From Marsupella aquatica (taxonomy: Eukaryota > Plantae > Marchantiophyta): DNA of 64,000 nucleotides. Made by a program: the position numbers and the translations under genes. Where the stretch lies: NCBI GenBank assembly GCA_973895155.1, contig OZ316892.1, positions 12,464,238-12,528,237 on the forward strand, read 5' to 3'. How positions within the stretch are numbered: the first letter of the stretch is position 1; each line of letters opens with the position of its first letter. Shown here piece by piece: positions 48,401 to 62,000 of the stretch. Under the pieces are notes generated by a model, which worked only from the letters and a program-made list of their open reading frames with translations, ran no database searches and was not told where the DNA came from.

Positions 48401-49566
48401 TCTTGGTAACTTTACTCTTGCTATCCTTGTAGTTGATATTGTCCGCACTGGTCATCTTTTACCGCAAAGCTTTCGTTGCATCCACAAGATCCCTGTCTTG
48501 ATTAACTAACTATCTGGCCTCCCCAGTTTGGAGCTGTGGGGTTATCGCAGGGTTGAGGAGATGATATGGGTAAAGACCAATCAGCTGCAACGGATCATAA
48601 GGACTGGCAGGACAGGTCACTGGCTAAATCATAGCAAGGAGCACTGCCTTGTTGGAATAAAAGGGAACCCAGAACTCAATCGTAATATAGATACAGATGT
48701 TATTGTCGCAGAAGTTCGTGAAACAAGTCGCAAACCGGATGAGGTAGGCTTTGCTGAATTCTGTCCCATCACCTTCTTATGTAACTTCGAGTTGTAACCC
48801 TTATAAATTATACTCCGAGCTTTGTCGATTTTATATTATTGGCGTTCCTGCAGGGTAGTTGTTGAGAACTGATCAGCAACTATTGTTTTAACGGCTCAAC
48901 ATTGTTTTTGTTGTTTTGAAGATGTATCCGTTGCTGGAAAGAATAAGCCCGCGAACGCGAAAGTTAGAGTTGTTTGCACGAATGCACAACACACATGCTG
49001 GGTACTGCCGTAATCCCTGTTTGCTGGCAAGCTATCAGTTGTGATGGTTTGATGCGTCTGATGGTTTTAGGTTTTTGACAGTGGTAGTCTTCCTGTTGCT
49101 ATCTACATGTAAGTTGTAGTCACCTTATGCAGAGTTTCCCTAGTCTAATAATTTCTGGATGCCTCTGTTGTAGAAGATTTGGAACGTTGAATGTGTAGCC
49201 CTCGACTTTTTCCATTGACTCACACTATTTGGCATGTGGTGATTGGGCAGGTGGATCTCCTTGGGCAATCAGCTGAATGGTGTTCGCCTCGTTGACGAAG
49301 CACTGAGGGCACGATTCAAGGGAGCTTACCCTGATATAGAAGTTCAACCTCCTGACCCTCCTGTGAAATTTAATAATCAAGACGGGGATTCTCAAGCTCT
49401 AGTCAAAAGCCCTCTTCCTGTTGGATTAGCAGCAAAAGAGATAACGGAGGCAAGTATTTCAGTTACAATTGCAATCAGTACAGGAAACATAGGAGGTGAC
49501 GAGAAAATTGGATTAGAGAGAGATTCTCAGACAACGAATCTGCCTGAGGACAGTCAGAAATCCTGA
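45494..49566 (+). CDS. MTA: mRNA N6-adenosine methyltransferase MTA (METTL3/MT-A70 ortholog); exons about 45494-46786, 46891-46989, 47265-47348, 47566-47927, 48527-48743, 48922-49001, 49251-49566
   Basis: Catalytic [16 protein letters not shown] (DPPW at 47782-47793), CCCH region [63 protein letters not shown] and [10 protein letters not shown]…GW.SLGNQL. Plant-type long N-terminus. Confidence 0.97.
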
Positions 49567-50421
49567 AAGGAACAAATTGGTGGAAGTCGTGCAATTATTG
49601 TAATTGTGGAGCCATCTGGCGTAAATTTCCCAAGCAAGAGCATGAATGCATTGTTTCAGACACCATTGCAACTGTCTGGAATGTTCAAAGAAAAATGTTT
49701 TTGAGCAGAAAGGTAGTGTACCTGTCCCAGGGGAATGGTTCGATCCTACAATTTCGAAATTTCTTTGTCTTCAGGGTGGGGGAAGGGAGCGAATGTGTAG
49801 TACACTGTCGTTCACACTACTCGGTTGTGGTTAAATTTGAGTATTCATCTCCGCTCAGTTAGGGAATGGCTGCCTCGTAGGATCTTGGTGGAATGTTTAG
49901 TTAAACTTATCTGCATATAGGGTGCCCTGCAACCGGCCAGTCATAACCCCATAATTATGGGCCCTAAACCTTAAATGTTGAATTATGCGAAGAGGAATGG
50001 GAGCTGGCACGACAAACCCACTGCCTTATTTACCCCTTTTGGAGAATTGATCCAGGAGTAACAGCGAAGAGATGGACTTCACAATCTGGGCTGAGACTGG
50101 AGGCGAGAATTGGCCCCGGAACTGCTCTTACATAAGGGATCCAGAGAGGGGATGAATGGGCATCACTCTACCTTTGATTGGACCCCAAAGTTTGAAACCC
50201 ACTCATCGTCATCGCCTATGTAGATTTTTAAAAATAATCTTGTTGTAGATTTCGTCTCAGGAATTACCAAATCACCCCCAGATTTACCAAAATTCCACTA
50301 CAGTTTGAGAAATTACAATAGTACCCCTCGTAATTCTCTAGAGTGCCAGTATTCCTTATGCCACAACCCGTCCTTGCAAATCTCCATCACTATACAATAT
50401 ACGCTGTCATGTTATAGCAGA

Positions 50422-50577
50422 GTACAGTACAACACATGTTTTCATCTGTTGCAACTGAACACTGCCAGCTCTCGTCTTGAGAAACAAGGACACCTTGGCC
50501 TAGCAGAGACATTGCAGGTACAGTACAACACATCTTTTCATCTGTTGCAACTGAACGCTGCCAGGTCGTCTTGAGAA
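50422..50577. repeat. Direct repeat of about 60 bp, period 96
   Basis: GTACAGTACAACACAT.TTTTCATCTGTTGCAACTGAAC.CTGCCAG…TCGTCTTGAGAA at 50422 and 50518. Confidence 0.85.
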
Positions 50578-50934
50578 GGTCAATTAAATTTATGAGTCAT
50601 TACAGTCTTCCCACAAAATAGGACTTCTGGCGAAATGGATGCGGTTTATGTATGGGTTGTCGATTCACTGCAGGGGAAATGCATCGGGCATACTGTATTG
50701 TACCGTGAAGTTTTTACTTCGCATTTGGGAAATTTATTTGTTTTCTCCAACTACAAATGCACTCATAAACGTGTGAGCTAATTACAATAGTCAATTTTGA
50801 ACATTCAGAGTAACTGTGATGTAAGGGGTGACAGGAACAGAACAACAGCACCAAACCCTAAATCAGTCCTCTCAGCTAGGCAATTGGGTGATGCTCATCC
50901 AATCAGTCCTCGCAGCTATGCAAGTGGGGAGGCC

Positions 50935-51198
50935 ATGCTGCAAAGAATGTCTATATCCGTATTACTGGTTGTGTTTCTGACAATTGTTTTTAACTCCAGC
51001 TCTCATCAGTATGCCTTATGCATGCAAGAGAATGGCTGCAACTGGAAATTGTTCATTGGATGTACATTACAGCTTCAGGCCAATGCCTTGTGCATGCACG
51101 AGAATGCCTGCGACTGGAAATCGTTCATTGGATGTACATTACAGCTTCAAGCCGATCACTGTTGCAACTTTGAATTCATGGCTGTGGCTTCAGTTTGA
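50935..51198 (+). CDS. Candidate 87-aa small secreted Cys-rich peptide with two 24-aa repeats (unverified)
   Basis: gccATG start, hydrophobic N-terminus (ISVLLVVFLTIVF), an in-frame 72-bp tandem duplication (51011/51083) and 8 Cys. No family recognised. Confidence 0.3.
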   Translation: MLQRMSISVLLVVFLTIVFNSSSHQYALCMQENGCNWKLFIGCTLQLQANALCMHENACDWKSFIGCTLQLQADHCCNFEFMAVASV

Positions 51199-53066
51199 AT
51201 TCTGAAGACCTTGATCTTACTTGACTCAAGAAATGGCTAAGAATTGTTTGTCATACTCCAAGTAGAGCAGTAAACAGGAGAATCTTAATTCTTTCAACGC
51301 TCTACACCGAGATAAGCCTTTGGTAAGGAAGGCAGGTTTTCTGAACCACTTCCAAGAATCATTACTTCCTTCAACTGCGAACATTGGAGAAGCCTTTCAT
51401 ATTGGAAAAACTATTTTCTGAACCGCATAGTTCTCCAAATACGCACATGGATAGCTCTCTTGCAAGAACAAACGTCGAAAAGATATTAAGCCAGTGACAG
51501 TAAATGGTTGCACCTCCTTATAACTCCCAAATACGGGCTTCACAATTAATATTTCAACATTGTATATTGGCCTTGAGACCCGGGTTGTGCCGAAGTGTCA
51601 CATTTAATACAGTTTCGGGCACATCAAAGATCCCTAACCAACTGCACTTAAACTAGAAACGTAACACTTGGTTCGCCATTGATATGATGAGATGACAGTC
51701 AAAGGAGAATACTTCTCAATATTATGGTCCGGTGAAAACTGAGGCGCAACTCTGGTTTCTGCAGCTTCCAGACCACTGTAGCTTTAACACACAGGCTTTC
51801 AGACAACTGTGACTTCACTACACAGGATTCCGTTCCAGGTCGCCCGTCTCGCCAGGATCTTCTATCATGACCCAGGGTATGCTTAACTTCTTAAACCAAC
51901 GAGGGAATTGGGCACGCGATATAGACCGGCATTTGGTAAGTCAGGAACGATTGGAAGACCGAATGTGAAACTCCCAGACCCAAGAACATTATGCTTCGCT
52001 CCTCTAGATGAGTTTGACTACCAACAAAACTGTGACTTCCAAATACAATCCATCGCTAACTAGGGCAAGATTAAGCAAAATGTGCTTTGGGTCAGCTAGG
52101 TTCAGAAGAAAACCTGCTGTCAAATCATCAGAAACGAGCTGATGTAAAATGGAAACCTTCGACGCTTAGAACACTTCGCTAGCACCGCTCACACATGCCT
52201 GACCGACAGCTTCTAACATAACCTAGGGACATCTCATGACATCTCTGAGCTTACATCAACAACCCCTCTTTCAATAACATAGTTCTAGTAGTTCATTAGA
52301 CAATCTTTATAAAAAAGAAAGCCATAGGGCAACCCACAATCTACCTTCTGGCCTTCTCGAAAATGATATTTCCTGATCCAGGCCCACATTCATCCCATGA
52401 TGCAACGAAAATCAATTTACTCTTTTGACGATAAGAGAACATCCCTTCAATAGTTGTGTCACTTTGTAACCCCACTCGGACACTCAACTTCAGCTCAAAA
52501 CCACTAATAAACATCTGCAAGATGACTGGAATCGGGGGAGGTACCATCCACACAACAGTGGGAGGTATAATTTGTTTCAATCAACTTTTACAAGAAATGA
52601 GAATGTCGGCTGGTGCCGAAATACCACAAATAGGAGTAACCTCACACGGCTGAACTCCACGGACCTACTTTACATACAGAGGGTCTCCGCAGCAATATTT
52701 TCCGTCCAGGAATTGCTATCCTGGAGGACATTCGAGTCCAAAATCTCTCGCTGAAACTCTATTGTGTCTTTCGGGTACACCTACTGGTACTATTGGTTTT
52801 CCCTACTTGGAAAGAAGGGTCGTACGAAATTGTAACCCAGTTTAGTTTAGAGCATATGTTACACATGGACTCAGGCAGGCGTCAAACAATGGGCAGAGCA
52901 TAGCTACGTAAGGTGGTTGAAATTGACATGAGAAGCAGTGAAATTTCCTGGCGCAACACAATGCCTTCATACCTGCTGCTTAGGCTGACAACCACTTGCA
53001 GAAGAGGTCTATGAGAAAGCAAGTGGAAAACACGGAACTGTGTGCATGAGGACTCTCGAGGTATGT

Positions 53067-56000
53067 TCAGTATCTCTTATTGTAATTATAGTTATTACTA
53101 TTGTTATTATTATTATTCTGTTGCCTCGCACCCCTCCCTCGGCCCTGAATAGGTCCAAAACTATTTGATGTCACCACTTGCTGGGTTACATGAGAATAAC
53201 TTTGCGACGACCCTGCTCCTCGCCCTCCAGTCCAAACATTCGATGCACCTGGTGGACCAGACTGTTGACTGTGCGACGAGTGTGCACCGCCCCTGCCCAT
53301 GAACCCCGGGCCACCTACAGCAGGTGGAGCTCGTGGTACAGTTTGATGATGGTGGTAGCCTTGCTGGGATTGATGGGATTGGTGAGATTGACCGCTGGAT
53401 TGGTGCGGGTAATATCCATTACCATATCCACTTTGAGCAAGATACTGCTGTTGAGGTATATAAGAGGGCTGTGTATAGGACTGAGGTGCTCCATAGCCTC
53501 TACCATATTGGGGACCTTGTGCAGCATACCCTTGCTCATAACCTGGAGGTCCTGCGGGACGTGGCCTCAGCCCTGGTTGACCTCCTTGAAGAGAAGGATG
53601 CTGATAAGGTGAGGGGGATCCGAGGATTCCTCCAGAGACTTGCTGGCTTTGTCGCTGAGCTATTTGGTATGCAGCACCAGAACTATTGTTCCTGTGAGGA
53701 AGGCTGTTGAGTAACAATCGACGGGCTGCATCCCCCAAATGGTGGCCAGAAATGGCATTTGCTACTGGGGGCCTGCGTGACAAAGTTACACTTTCTGTAA
53801 GATTCATAGACTGACATCAAATGATGTAAACACATCACATCAAGAACATCTATGCCATTTGACACCTACATCAAGCCCTCTTTCAGGTTGAAGCACCACA
53901 GACCTATCTTGAATTTGCTGCCTCCGTCCGTTGTCCTCATGCCATAATGGTTGGGTCTTAACATCCTGCTCTGATATCGTCTGCAAAATCTCACCCACAC
54001 GTTGTCAAGTCATCATCGAAAATAGAACTTTAAACTATAACCATGTCAGGTTTGCAGTATCTACCTGAAATGAGAGTATATTCGATCACAAAGTTCAGAG
54101 ACACCAAAAACAAGCAATTCTTGTGCATTAAGGAAAAAATCCTGCATCCAATTAATCTTAGTTTATAGTGATGCCCAAACTTTGTCATGGGAGACTACCC
54201 AGACATGTAAAAGGGAACTCGTCAGAGACAGTTTTTGGAAGAGGCGCCCTCCTGTCTATTGAGAAGCAGACGAGCTTCCTTGTACATTCTGTGTATTTCT
54301 CTGCTGAACTGATTCCCATCTTTTCCTTCTTTTCCTCCGTGATCTTCTTGGATGGATTCCACACTGAACATGAGAGTCTTTCTGTTTAAAAGTTTCTTAG
54401 ATATGTACAGGTTCAAACCTTTCTTAATAATATTATTCCTAATTATACTCTCGAAGGGTACTACGTTGCATAATGCCCCACTTATTTTCTAGTCAGCTCC
54501 TCACACATTAACAGGGAATATGACCCTAATTTCGTCCTTCATCAGCATGATCAAGTTACAACTGTGCACAATATTTTCTAACTATAGTTAGGACTTCCTC
54601 AAAAACATGAGAAAAAATAATGTTTTAATTGCTGATCATTCAAGCAAACAAAGACGGTAGTCAGAGGTCATCGAGCCATCCAGACATTCCAGAAGTAAGT
54701 TCAAGTTTCTTGAAACGCAATAATTTAGAAACAGAGTCGTTGAAAGGTAGGCAAGCAGGTTGCTCTCGAAGTTTTGAGATGTACCTTCTCAGGCATTGTA
54801 ACTCCCTCCGGGGGTTTCGCAATATGTCTATGATGTGGGGGGTTCCTATATATGACAGATCTGCAAAACGAAGGACACAGCAACAAAACAAGAGTCAAAG
54901 ACTTCAATGTGGCCAGTTCAATGCAGGACAAGAGTTGTGGCACGGCACAGGTAAGCCTCGAACTTCATATAGTTTATTGAATTAATTTTCAGGTTACAAA
55001 TATCCCAGGTGATGAGTGGGAGTTACTGGAGGCCACCCCGGCTATTGTCACAGCCAGATGAATCAAATAGAGAAGACATCAGTCATCTTGACTAAATCCC
55101 ACGGACCAATTGAAATGAAATTAAAACCGTTAAAAGACGAACCTATCCAGGACAACAGATAATGCTGTTTACGCCACTACCTCTGCCTACATATAGCAAA
55201 ATCAAAAGGAGTCTATGAATAGTCAATCGATCTCAGTAGGATACTTTCCAGTATTGGTACTTACAATACTTGATTGTTGGTGATGTTTGACAATCCTTCA
55301 ACGGGTGAAGGAAATATGGGAGGGCAAGCATCGCCGTCACAAAGGTAGAGGAACCCATTCATACCACCACTGCAAAAGTCGCCTCAACAATCAGTCCTTG
55401 AACAAATATTTCCTCCAGCTATCATCCGAAAAGGATTCCTTAAATGAAACTATACATAACTTCTCGCAAGCATTTACTTGGAATCGAGAAAAAATTTAAT
55501 CTAATTAGCAAAGCATGTTCCTACATGCAGAAACTGTACAACGAAACAAACCACTGGTACATGGGCTGACACGGAAGGGTTACAACACCTGGCTAATGGA
55601 TTTAACTCCTCCTTTGCCTCGGAGCGTGCTTTTCCAGTAAGATGCCCAAATCGATCATAGAAAGAAAAAATATAGGGAGCTAGAGCATGACTACAAGATA
55701 CAAACAGCATCTCGGGCAGTGTGCTATTTCTCCTAGCTTCTACGGCCTGCAAAGGATTATCAATCAATCACTTACTGTTAGGGGAGTTCAGAGCATCGAT
55801 ACACAAATGGCAAGAAGAATCACAATTGCGCAGCCAGTGAAGACGTCCATTCACTTGATACAATAACCATTATCTCTTACCGTAAGAGTTCCTTCCACTT
55901 TGCTTATTTCTGCCAGAAGTCGCTCTTCTTCAATGAAAGGAAGCTTTGCTACACCCTGTACCAGATACCCATGTGCACAAGGTCAAATCGCATCGACTGC

Positions 56001-59000
56001 TTTTGTGCTCAGCAGTAAGTTCAATGATCGACTCAAAGCAAACTGAACGGTCTTCAGTTACGAACTTCCTATTTCAAAACAAAGTGATACAAAAAGTTGT
56101 CCACTCACCTGCCATGAAAATCGCTTTCCATTCATGTCAACTTCAAAGTCTGCAAACAATTCATCATCACAGGTAAGACGCGGCGAGTACTAACTAAGAA
56201 AGTTATCAACTCATAATTAGATATGTCAAGCATTGGAGGAGAGGATCGCACCATTTGGATAAAAGTCAATGATTGGTGAAGACGGATCGGTCATTAAAGG
56301 CCTGTAATGCTGTGGGAGAGCCTTTGAACTACATCAGTTCCACCAGATCATTCCTCAGAATTAGTTCGCTGAAAACAACTGTTGAAAGCAGTAAGAGCTT
56401 CTTTGTACAAACACGCAGTAAGCACTAGGACTGTGACACTTAAAATACACTAACTGACATTAGTCATTACCAAATGAAGTATCAATGCTGATGCTTATGC
56501 GGCTGATTCTTATTTACTGATACAATTGCCCAGAAAACTACAGTGAAATTGGAATTTCCGGAATACATTGACTTTCTAGGGCATTTCCAAGACCTCATAT
56601 TTGATGTGTCCATAGAGAACTAAACCAAAGGTAAGGCGAGCTGCAAGAGACCACTTACTGCAAGAGCATCTTATGGGTCAAAAACAAATGGGTCCAGAAG
56701 CTGACGCAGATATTGTAATTGACATAAATTGGGCATACCTTGCACCTGGCAAGACCCCCATCAGCTGATCAAATGGCTTGAATGGCCGTCCGAGGAAGAA
56801 TGTGATTTCCAATTCATCGAGACCGGTGAAGTCAGAAGCAAATGGTGCGTAGTGGTAAGGATAGAACCTGAAACCCAGATAAACGATCACGCTCATTAGT
56901 TATTGGTGAAAGCTTTGAATTGAAGGGCTGAATCGGTCAACATCTTTAAATATCATGACCTTGCCCTAATACGTCACCTTGTTTGATTATCATCACGAAT
57001 GAGAATTACATGCGAGATAAAATCCTATCCAATACAATACATGCAAAGCACAGGTTCATTACAAGGTGAAAACTTTATCCGTGCGATCAAATAGACAAAG
57101 ATTACTAACCAGTTCCAAGAACAAACACCTTGATAATAGTATCGCATTACCCAGCAGAGTCCCTCAGTAAACTTCAAAATCTGAAACAATGGAAATGGGG
57201 GCCTATAAGCATAGACAATCGTAAACTAATGTATAACTTGATCGGTAGGTCGAAAAGAAAGCACTACTTTGAGGCTTGAAATCCCACCCACAATTTCACT
57301 TTGGTGACTCCACTATAGTTTTCTTAAGTTTACGATGATCAGTTAGGTCAACTGTTGAACAAAGCCCGAGGACAAATAACAGGAGGACAATTCAGCCAAG
57401 AAGGACGAAGTGCTGCTAATCGCGAATTCCAAATTCAAACTAGCAATTTTGGGTTTGGTCTACAAAAATGTAAGAACCGATGTTTAGAGTGTGGATTTCA
57501 AGCCAGCGTACCACATCTTTCCTAATCTCCTCTATGTCCTCTGGTGATTCTGACCCAAACTTTTCAAAAAAGTATCGCTCTTTCCACCCTGGCTCCCCCA
57601 GCCGCACCTGCAAATTTTACCGATCAAAATGATGATTGATATATTTTCAATCTACAAACATGAGTTATAGATCCCATTATCCAAAGACTTCGAAGTTTAG
57701 ACAAACTTGCACAGTAATACAGTAACATACCGCATCCTCCAAGTCTTTGCCACCGCTTGTTAGGTCAGATTTCTCTCGAAGAGCATTCTTCAGTTTCAGT
57801 TTCAAGTCCTCCACGTTATCAGCTTGATTCTAAACAAGAAAGTCCAATTTGTAGTCTCAGAATCTGACCGTAAGGATACAATACCTCTGAGGACCACAAT
57901 TCAACATTCAACCCCAACAAATAGATCAGTACTCACCTGATGCAAACAAAGCAGGCAAGGAAAAAGATTGACGATGACATAAGGTAGGGTTGGAATGGAC
58001 ATTACTACCCGAGGTAATTCCAAGATGAGACCATAACGGGGAAGATACTAATGGATAGGTCTCAGGCTGGCTTTCATTAAAGGGACAAAACTGCCATCCA
58101 AGACCGGGAAGAAACTACTCTGAATCCTACATGGGCGTCTCTAAAATGGATGGTCATGCTGGCCCTTTAGAGGAGCATTTTCCAACCTCAGAGACCAGAC
58201 ACTGGAAATATCTTTGGCGAGGACATTGGATCTCTAAATGATGAACAATAAAAGGTTGGATTGATTCGTGCACTGTGATTACAGTCAAGCATGCTCCCAG
58301 TAGACGATTGCCGAAAGCTTGGCATGATCCCACATAACCATCCTTAGAAGCTGTTGGTTCCGAGAGAGCAAGGATGTCACGTACTAGGAACCAGAATATG
58401 TTACAAAGGAAACTCTACAGCTGTAAAACTTAACTAGTCGTCTTGAGGATTTATGTAGCAACAGCTTACCTGTGCTGAGCTTCCCTCAATATCAGTTTCC
58501 ATGGTAAATTTGTCTCCACTTGTGACCACTGCTGCAGCTATGGAGCTGTCTGCTTCGCTTACTCGCAGCAACTTGATTGATGGGTCAGGATTTACAGGCA
58601 AATCTGGGATGGAGCTTCCTGTTCCAGTATGTTGGCTACCAGTTTTGCCAGACTTGGCCACAAGGGAGGCTCGCAACAATTGCGCAGCCTGGTGATTACT
58701 CCCAGCCATACCTTGGGACTGGAATTTTCCACTTCCAGCAGAAGGATCCTGAGGTTGGTACGGTCTGTGCTGGTATGAAGATCTATAAGAAGTACGTCCA
58801 GAATGTGAATCATGGGTGGGCTTTACCGTCAGAAGATCTGGGTGGACAGTGGGTTCTGCATCATCTCCACGCTTCAACTGGCCTTTCTCTCGTTTACGCC
58901 TATCTGATTGACGCTGTGAAAACACAACACTCCAAGCAATTAGCTTGACTGAAATGATTGTATGGAACTGCAATCACACTTCTTGGAACGAAAAAAACAA

Positions 59001-62000
59001 TCAGCTAACCATCATCGTACATATAGCTTAGTTAGCAGTTCAAAACTTTTACAAAACAACAGCATTCACACAAAACTATGAACTTCAACCCTTCCATCGG
59101 CACGACGGAATACAGGGTACAAAAATTAAACAATTGGAGAAAGCCTCTTTTGACACCTGGAGAATACGGGCCCTTTTCTGGAAAATGGTTTCCTCCTGGG
59201 CTCCAATCGTTTGGATGAAGTGCTCAACTCTCTTTAAGTTAACCTGAGTAGTTTATCCGGATGGAAAAGGCCACAACTTCAGATGATTAGAACTTCCCAG
59301 ATCAATTCAGCGATAAGATGTCCTTCATGCCATAAATGACTTCCGAAGAAATCTGCTCTACAAAACCACCTAGCAGCTCAATTCAAAGAGAGATACAACC
59401 TGGTATGTAACCTAATACTTGTGCTTAAAGGTGGTACTATGCTAAATGTTCACCTAGCATCCTTATACAGCTGTCTCTAGCCGCTTCTTATGCTTAATAG
59501 CTTCATGGTAGACTCTAAGCAGGAGCTGTCTTGTTACAAGATTCTTACCTCTCCATCTTCTGTCAGATAACCGCCCATTGCCTTGAATTCCCTTTTATAC
59601 ATAGCCATAAGAAGGTTGATTGCTCCCTGACAAAATCAAGGTGGATCCAAAACACATCACAATGTCAAACACAAAACAACAGATCCAACACTCAACAAAA
59701 GCTCAGTACAACATCTCTCAGACACAGAATTCCTGAAATCAACGCTACAAGGTTACAGTCGACTCACATGCGTCAGATTCATGAGATGCAAAACGAATAT
59801 TTTTAACCCAGTGAGCCTAGGGTTTATACCTCTCGGATCTCCAAAGTTGGCATGTGTGGTAGAAAATCATTGCCAACAAAGAAACACATGAAGACAAAGT
59901 CATCAATCAATCTCTCAAAATCCACTGGAAATCCAGGATCCGGTACAATCAAGTCGAACTCCAGATATTCCCGCAATGTCCAGATATGTAGAAACTGCAT
60001 GCGTGGACACCGAATTAAAATGTAAGTAATTCGTCACATCCATCAGACCAACCCTCTCGACAATCGTGTCACTTTCCTATCTGAAGGGACGAGATCATAT
60101 GTTCCCTTTCCCGTTTTTCCTAAATACCCCGAAAATCTCAAAAGGAAAACAAGTAGAATCACAATTGAATCTTCTAACACCAATTGCATTAGCACCTGAA
60201 ATGGCTTCTTGGGCAAAGCTTCTTCCGGCTTCTCGTCATGTTCCCCACGCTTCCTCTTAGGCTTTCCTTCACAATCAGCCGCTAAATGGCCAACCTGACC
60301 ACACAGAAAGCACTTGTCCTGCTGGCCTGGCATGAAGACAACCTGCAGGGAACAGGATTAATAGAATTAGTCCATGAACCATTGTACTCTACTGGACATC
60401 TACATTAAACACATATGATGCAGCTTAACTTACCTCTCTCAAAATCGAGAAGTGCACTTCATGAGTTGCTAGGGCAAGCATAATCAAATCGGCATCCTGC
60501 CACAAATTGAGTCCACGTATTAGAACCCGGATACGAGTACAGCAATAACAAGGTCAATTGAAGGCTGTGTCTTGCAAGGGAAATGCAGAAATCAATTCCA
60601 GCTTGTCAAAATATCGAGATCGAGTCGAAATACATAGCAGGGATACTTCACTACTACACATATCAACTCAGAGCAAACGCATCAAGGAAGCCTAAATCAA
60701 ACCGACTAGTATTTGAGTACAAACCAGTCCATATAGGCAATGTCTCGTGTTTGGATCAGCACCAGGAAGATTCCTCTGAAGCCGGATATAGGACATGATC
60801 TTATGCTCCCCCTCTCCAGGAACATTAGCATCTGAAAGAATCACCTGCATTTCACGCACAAAAGCAAAATAGTAGGCTCTTTATAGCCGGAATAATGACA
60901 TATCTTCTCACGTGGAAATAAACCAGAAAAGTGGGTCTCTACGATGATAAACACTATAGCAACGGTCCCATCCCAAGTAACCGAACATATCGGGGCAAGC
61001 ATTCGTGACTCATATAGGAACTCTAAAGCGGTTACATACTATATATAGCTTACCTTGATATTCCGCCAACCAGGATCATAATTCAGTCGCAAGTGTATAT
61101 AATACTGCAAGGCCACAGCAACACTGGCCATAAACGGTGTTCCGGGTGTAATGACATTCGAATCATAAGCTTCTGACTTCTCCTTCGGGGGGATGATGCG
61201 ACCCTCTGCTTCAAACTCCTTTCGCAATCTTTCCTCTTCGGCGTCCTGCCATATCCAGGATCGAAACTTAAGATCCACGTCAAGGGGGGCTCCTACAACT
61301 TTTATTGATCAATTTCTGAATGTTTCAGGTCTGGTGCAATTCATGAAAGAGTGTGCAGAAATCTAAGAAGGAAATCAAGGAAGAAACCATGGGTCAGATT
61401 ATAATGCTGAAGAAGGGAAGGGAGCTGATAAAACGGGAGGGGGGCGGGAGGAAGACACCAAACGAGCGGGGAGAAAGCAAACGGATAAATTCAGCTACGA
61501 TTAAAACGGACCAAGAGGAACTATGGACTTCCCATCTAATAATCCACCGGATGGGAGAGTTAAGTCCTTGACTTCATCTGCCGACAGAAAATTCACGACA
61601 TGTATTCGGCTAGTCTGTAACTACTATTGCCACGCATATCTGAGCTCGCATGAGAACACCTACAGCATCTTGAGCATCCTTTGCAGCCCTGAAGCGCCGG
61701 GATCGCTGCTGGTTCATCTTCGCTCGTGGAGCCACTCCATCTGTCAAGAGGGTTATATCGAGACAGAATACAAATCGCATCAAAAACATTCGTTTGTGTA
61801 TGTTTGTTTCCACGCTTTCCATAACCATAAACAGCGATGACCATAATGCGTGGACTCGAACTAAATGTAACAGGGACATTCCTGGATACATCAAATTGAC
61901 AATTCCGACTCAAAACATACGAAGGCGAGGAGAACTGACCAATGGCCATGAAGAGAAGCTTTCTAGGGCGTACAATCGCAAACAGGCGATCAATGTAGTC

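Noticed and set aside
53178-53710. Plus-strand ORFs of 128-144 aa
   Set aside because: These are antisense shadows of the XRN3 last exon.
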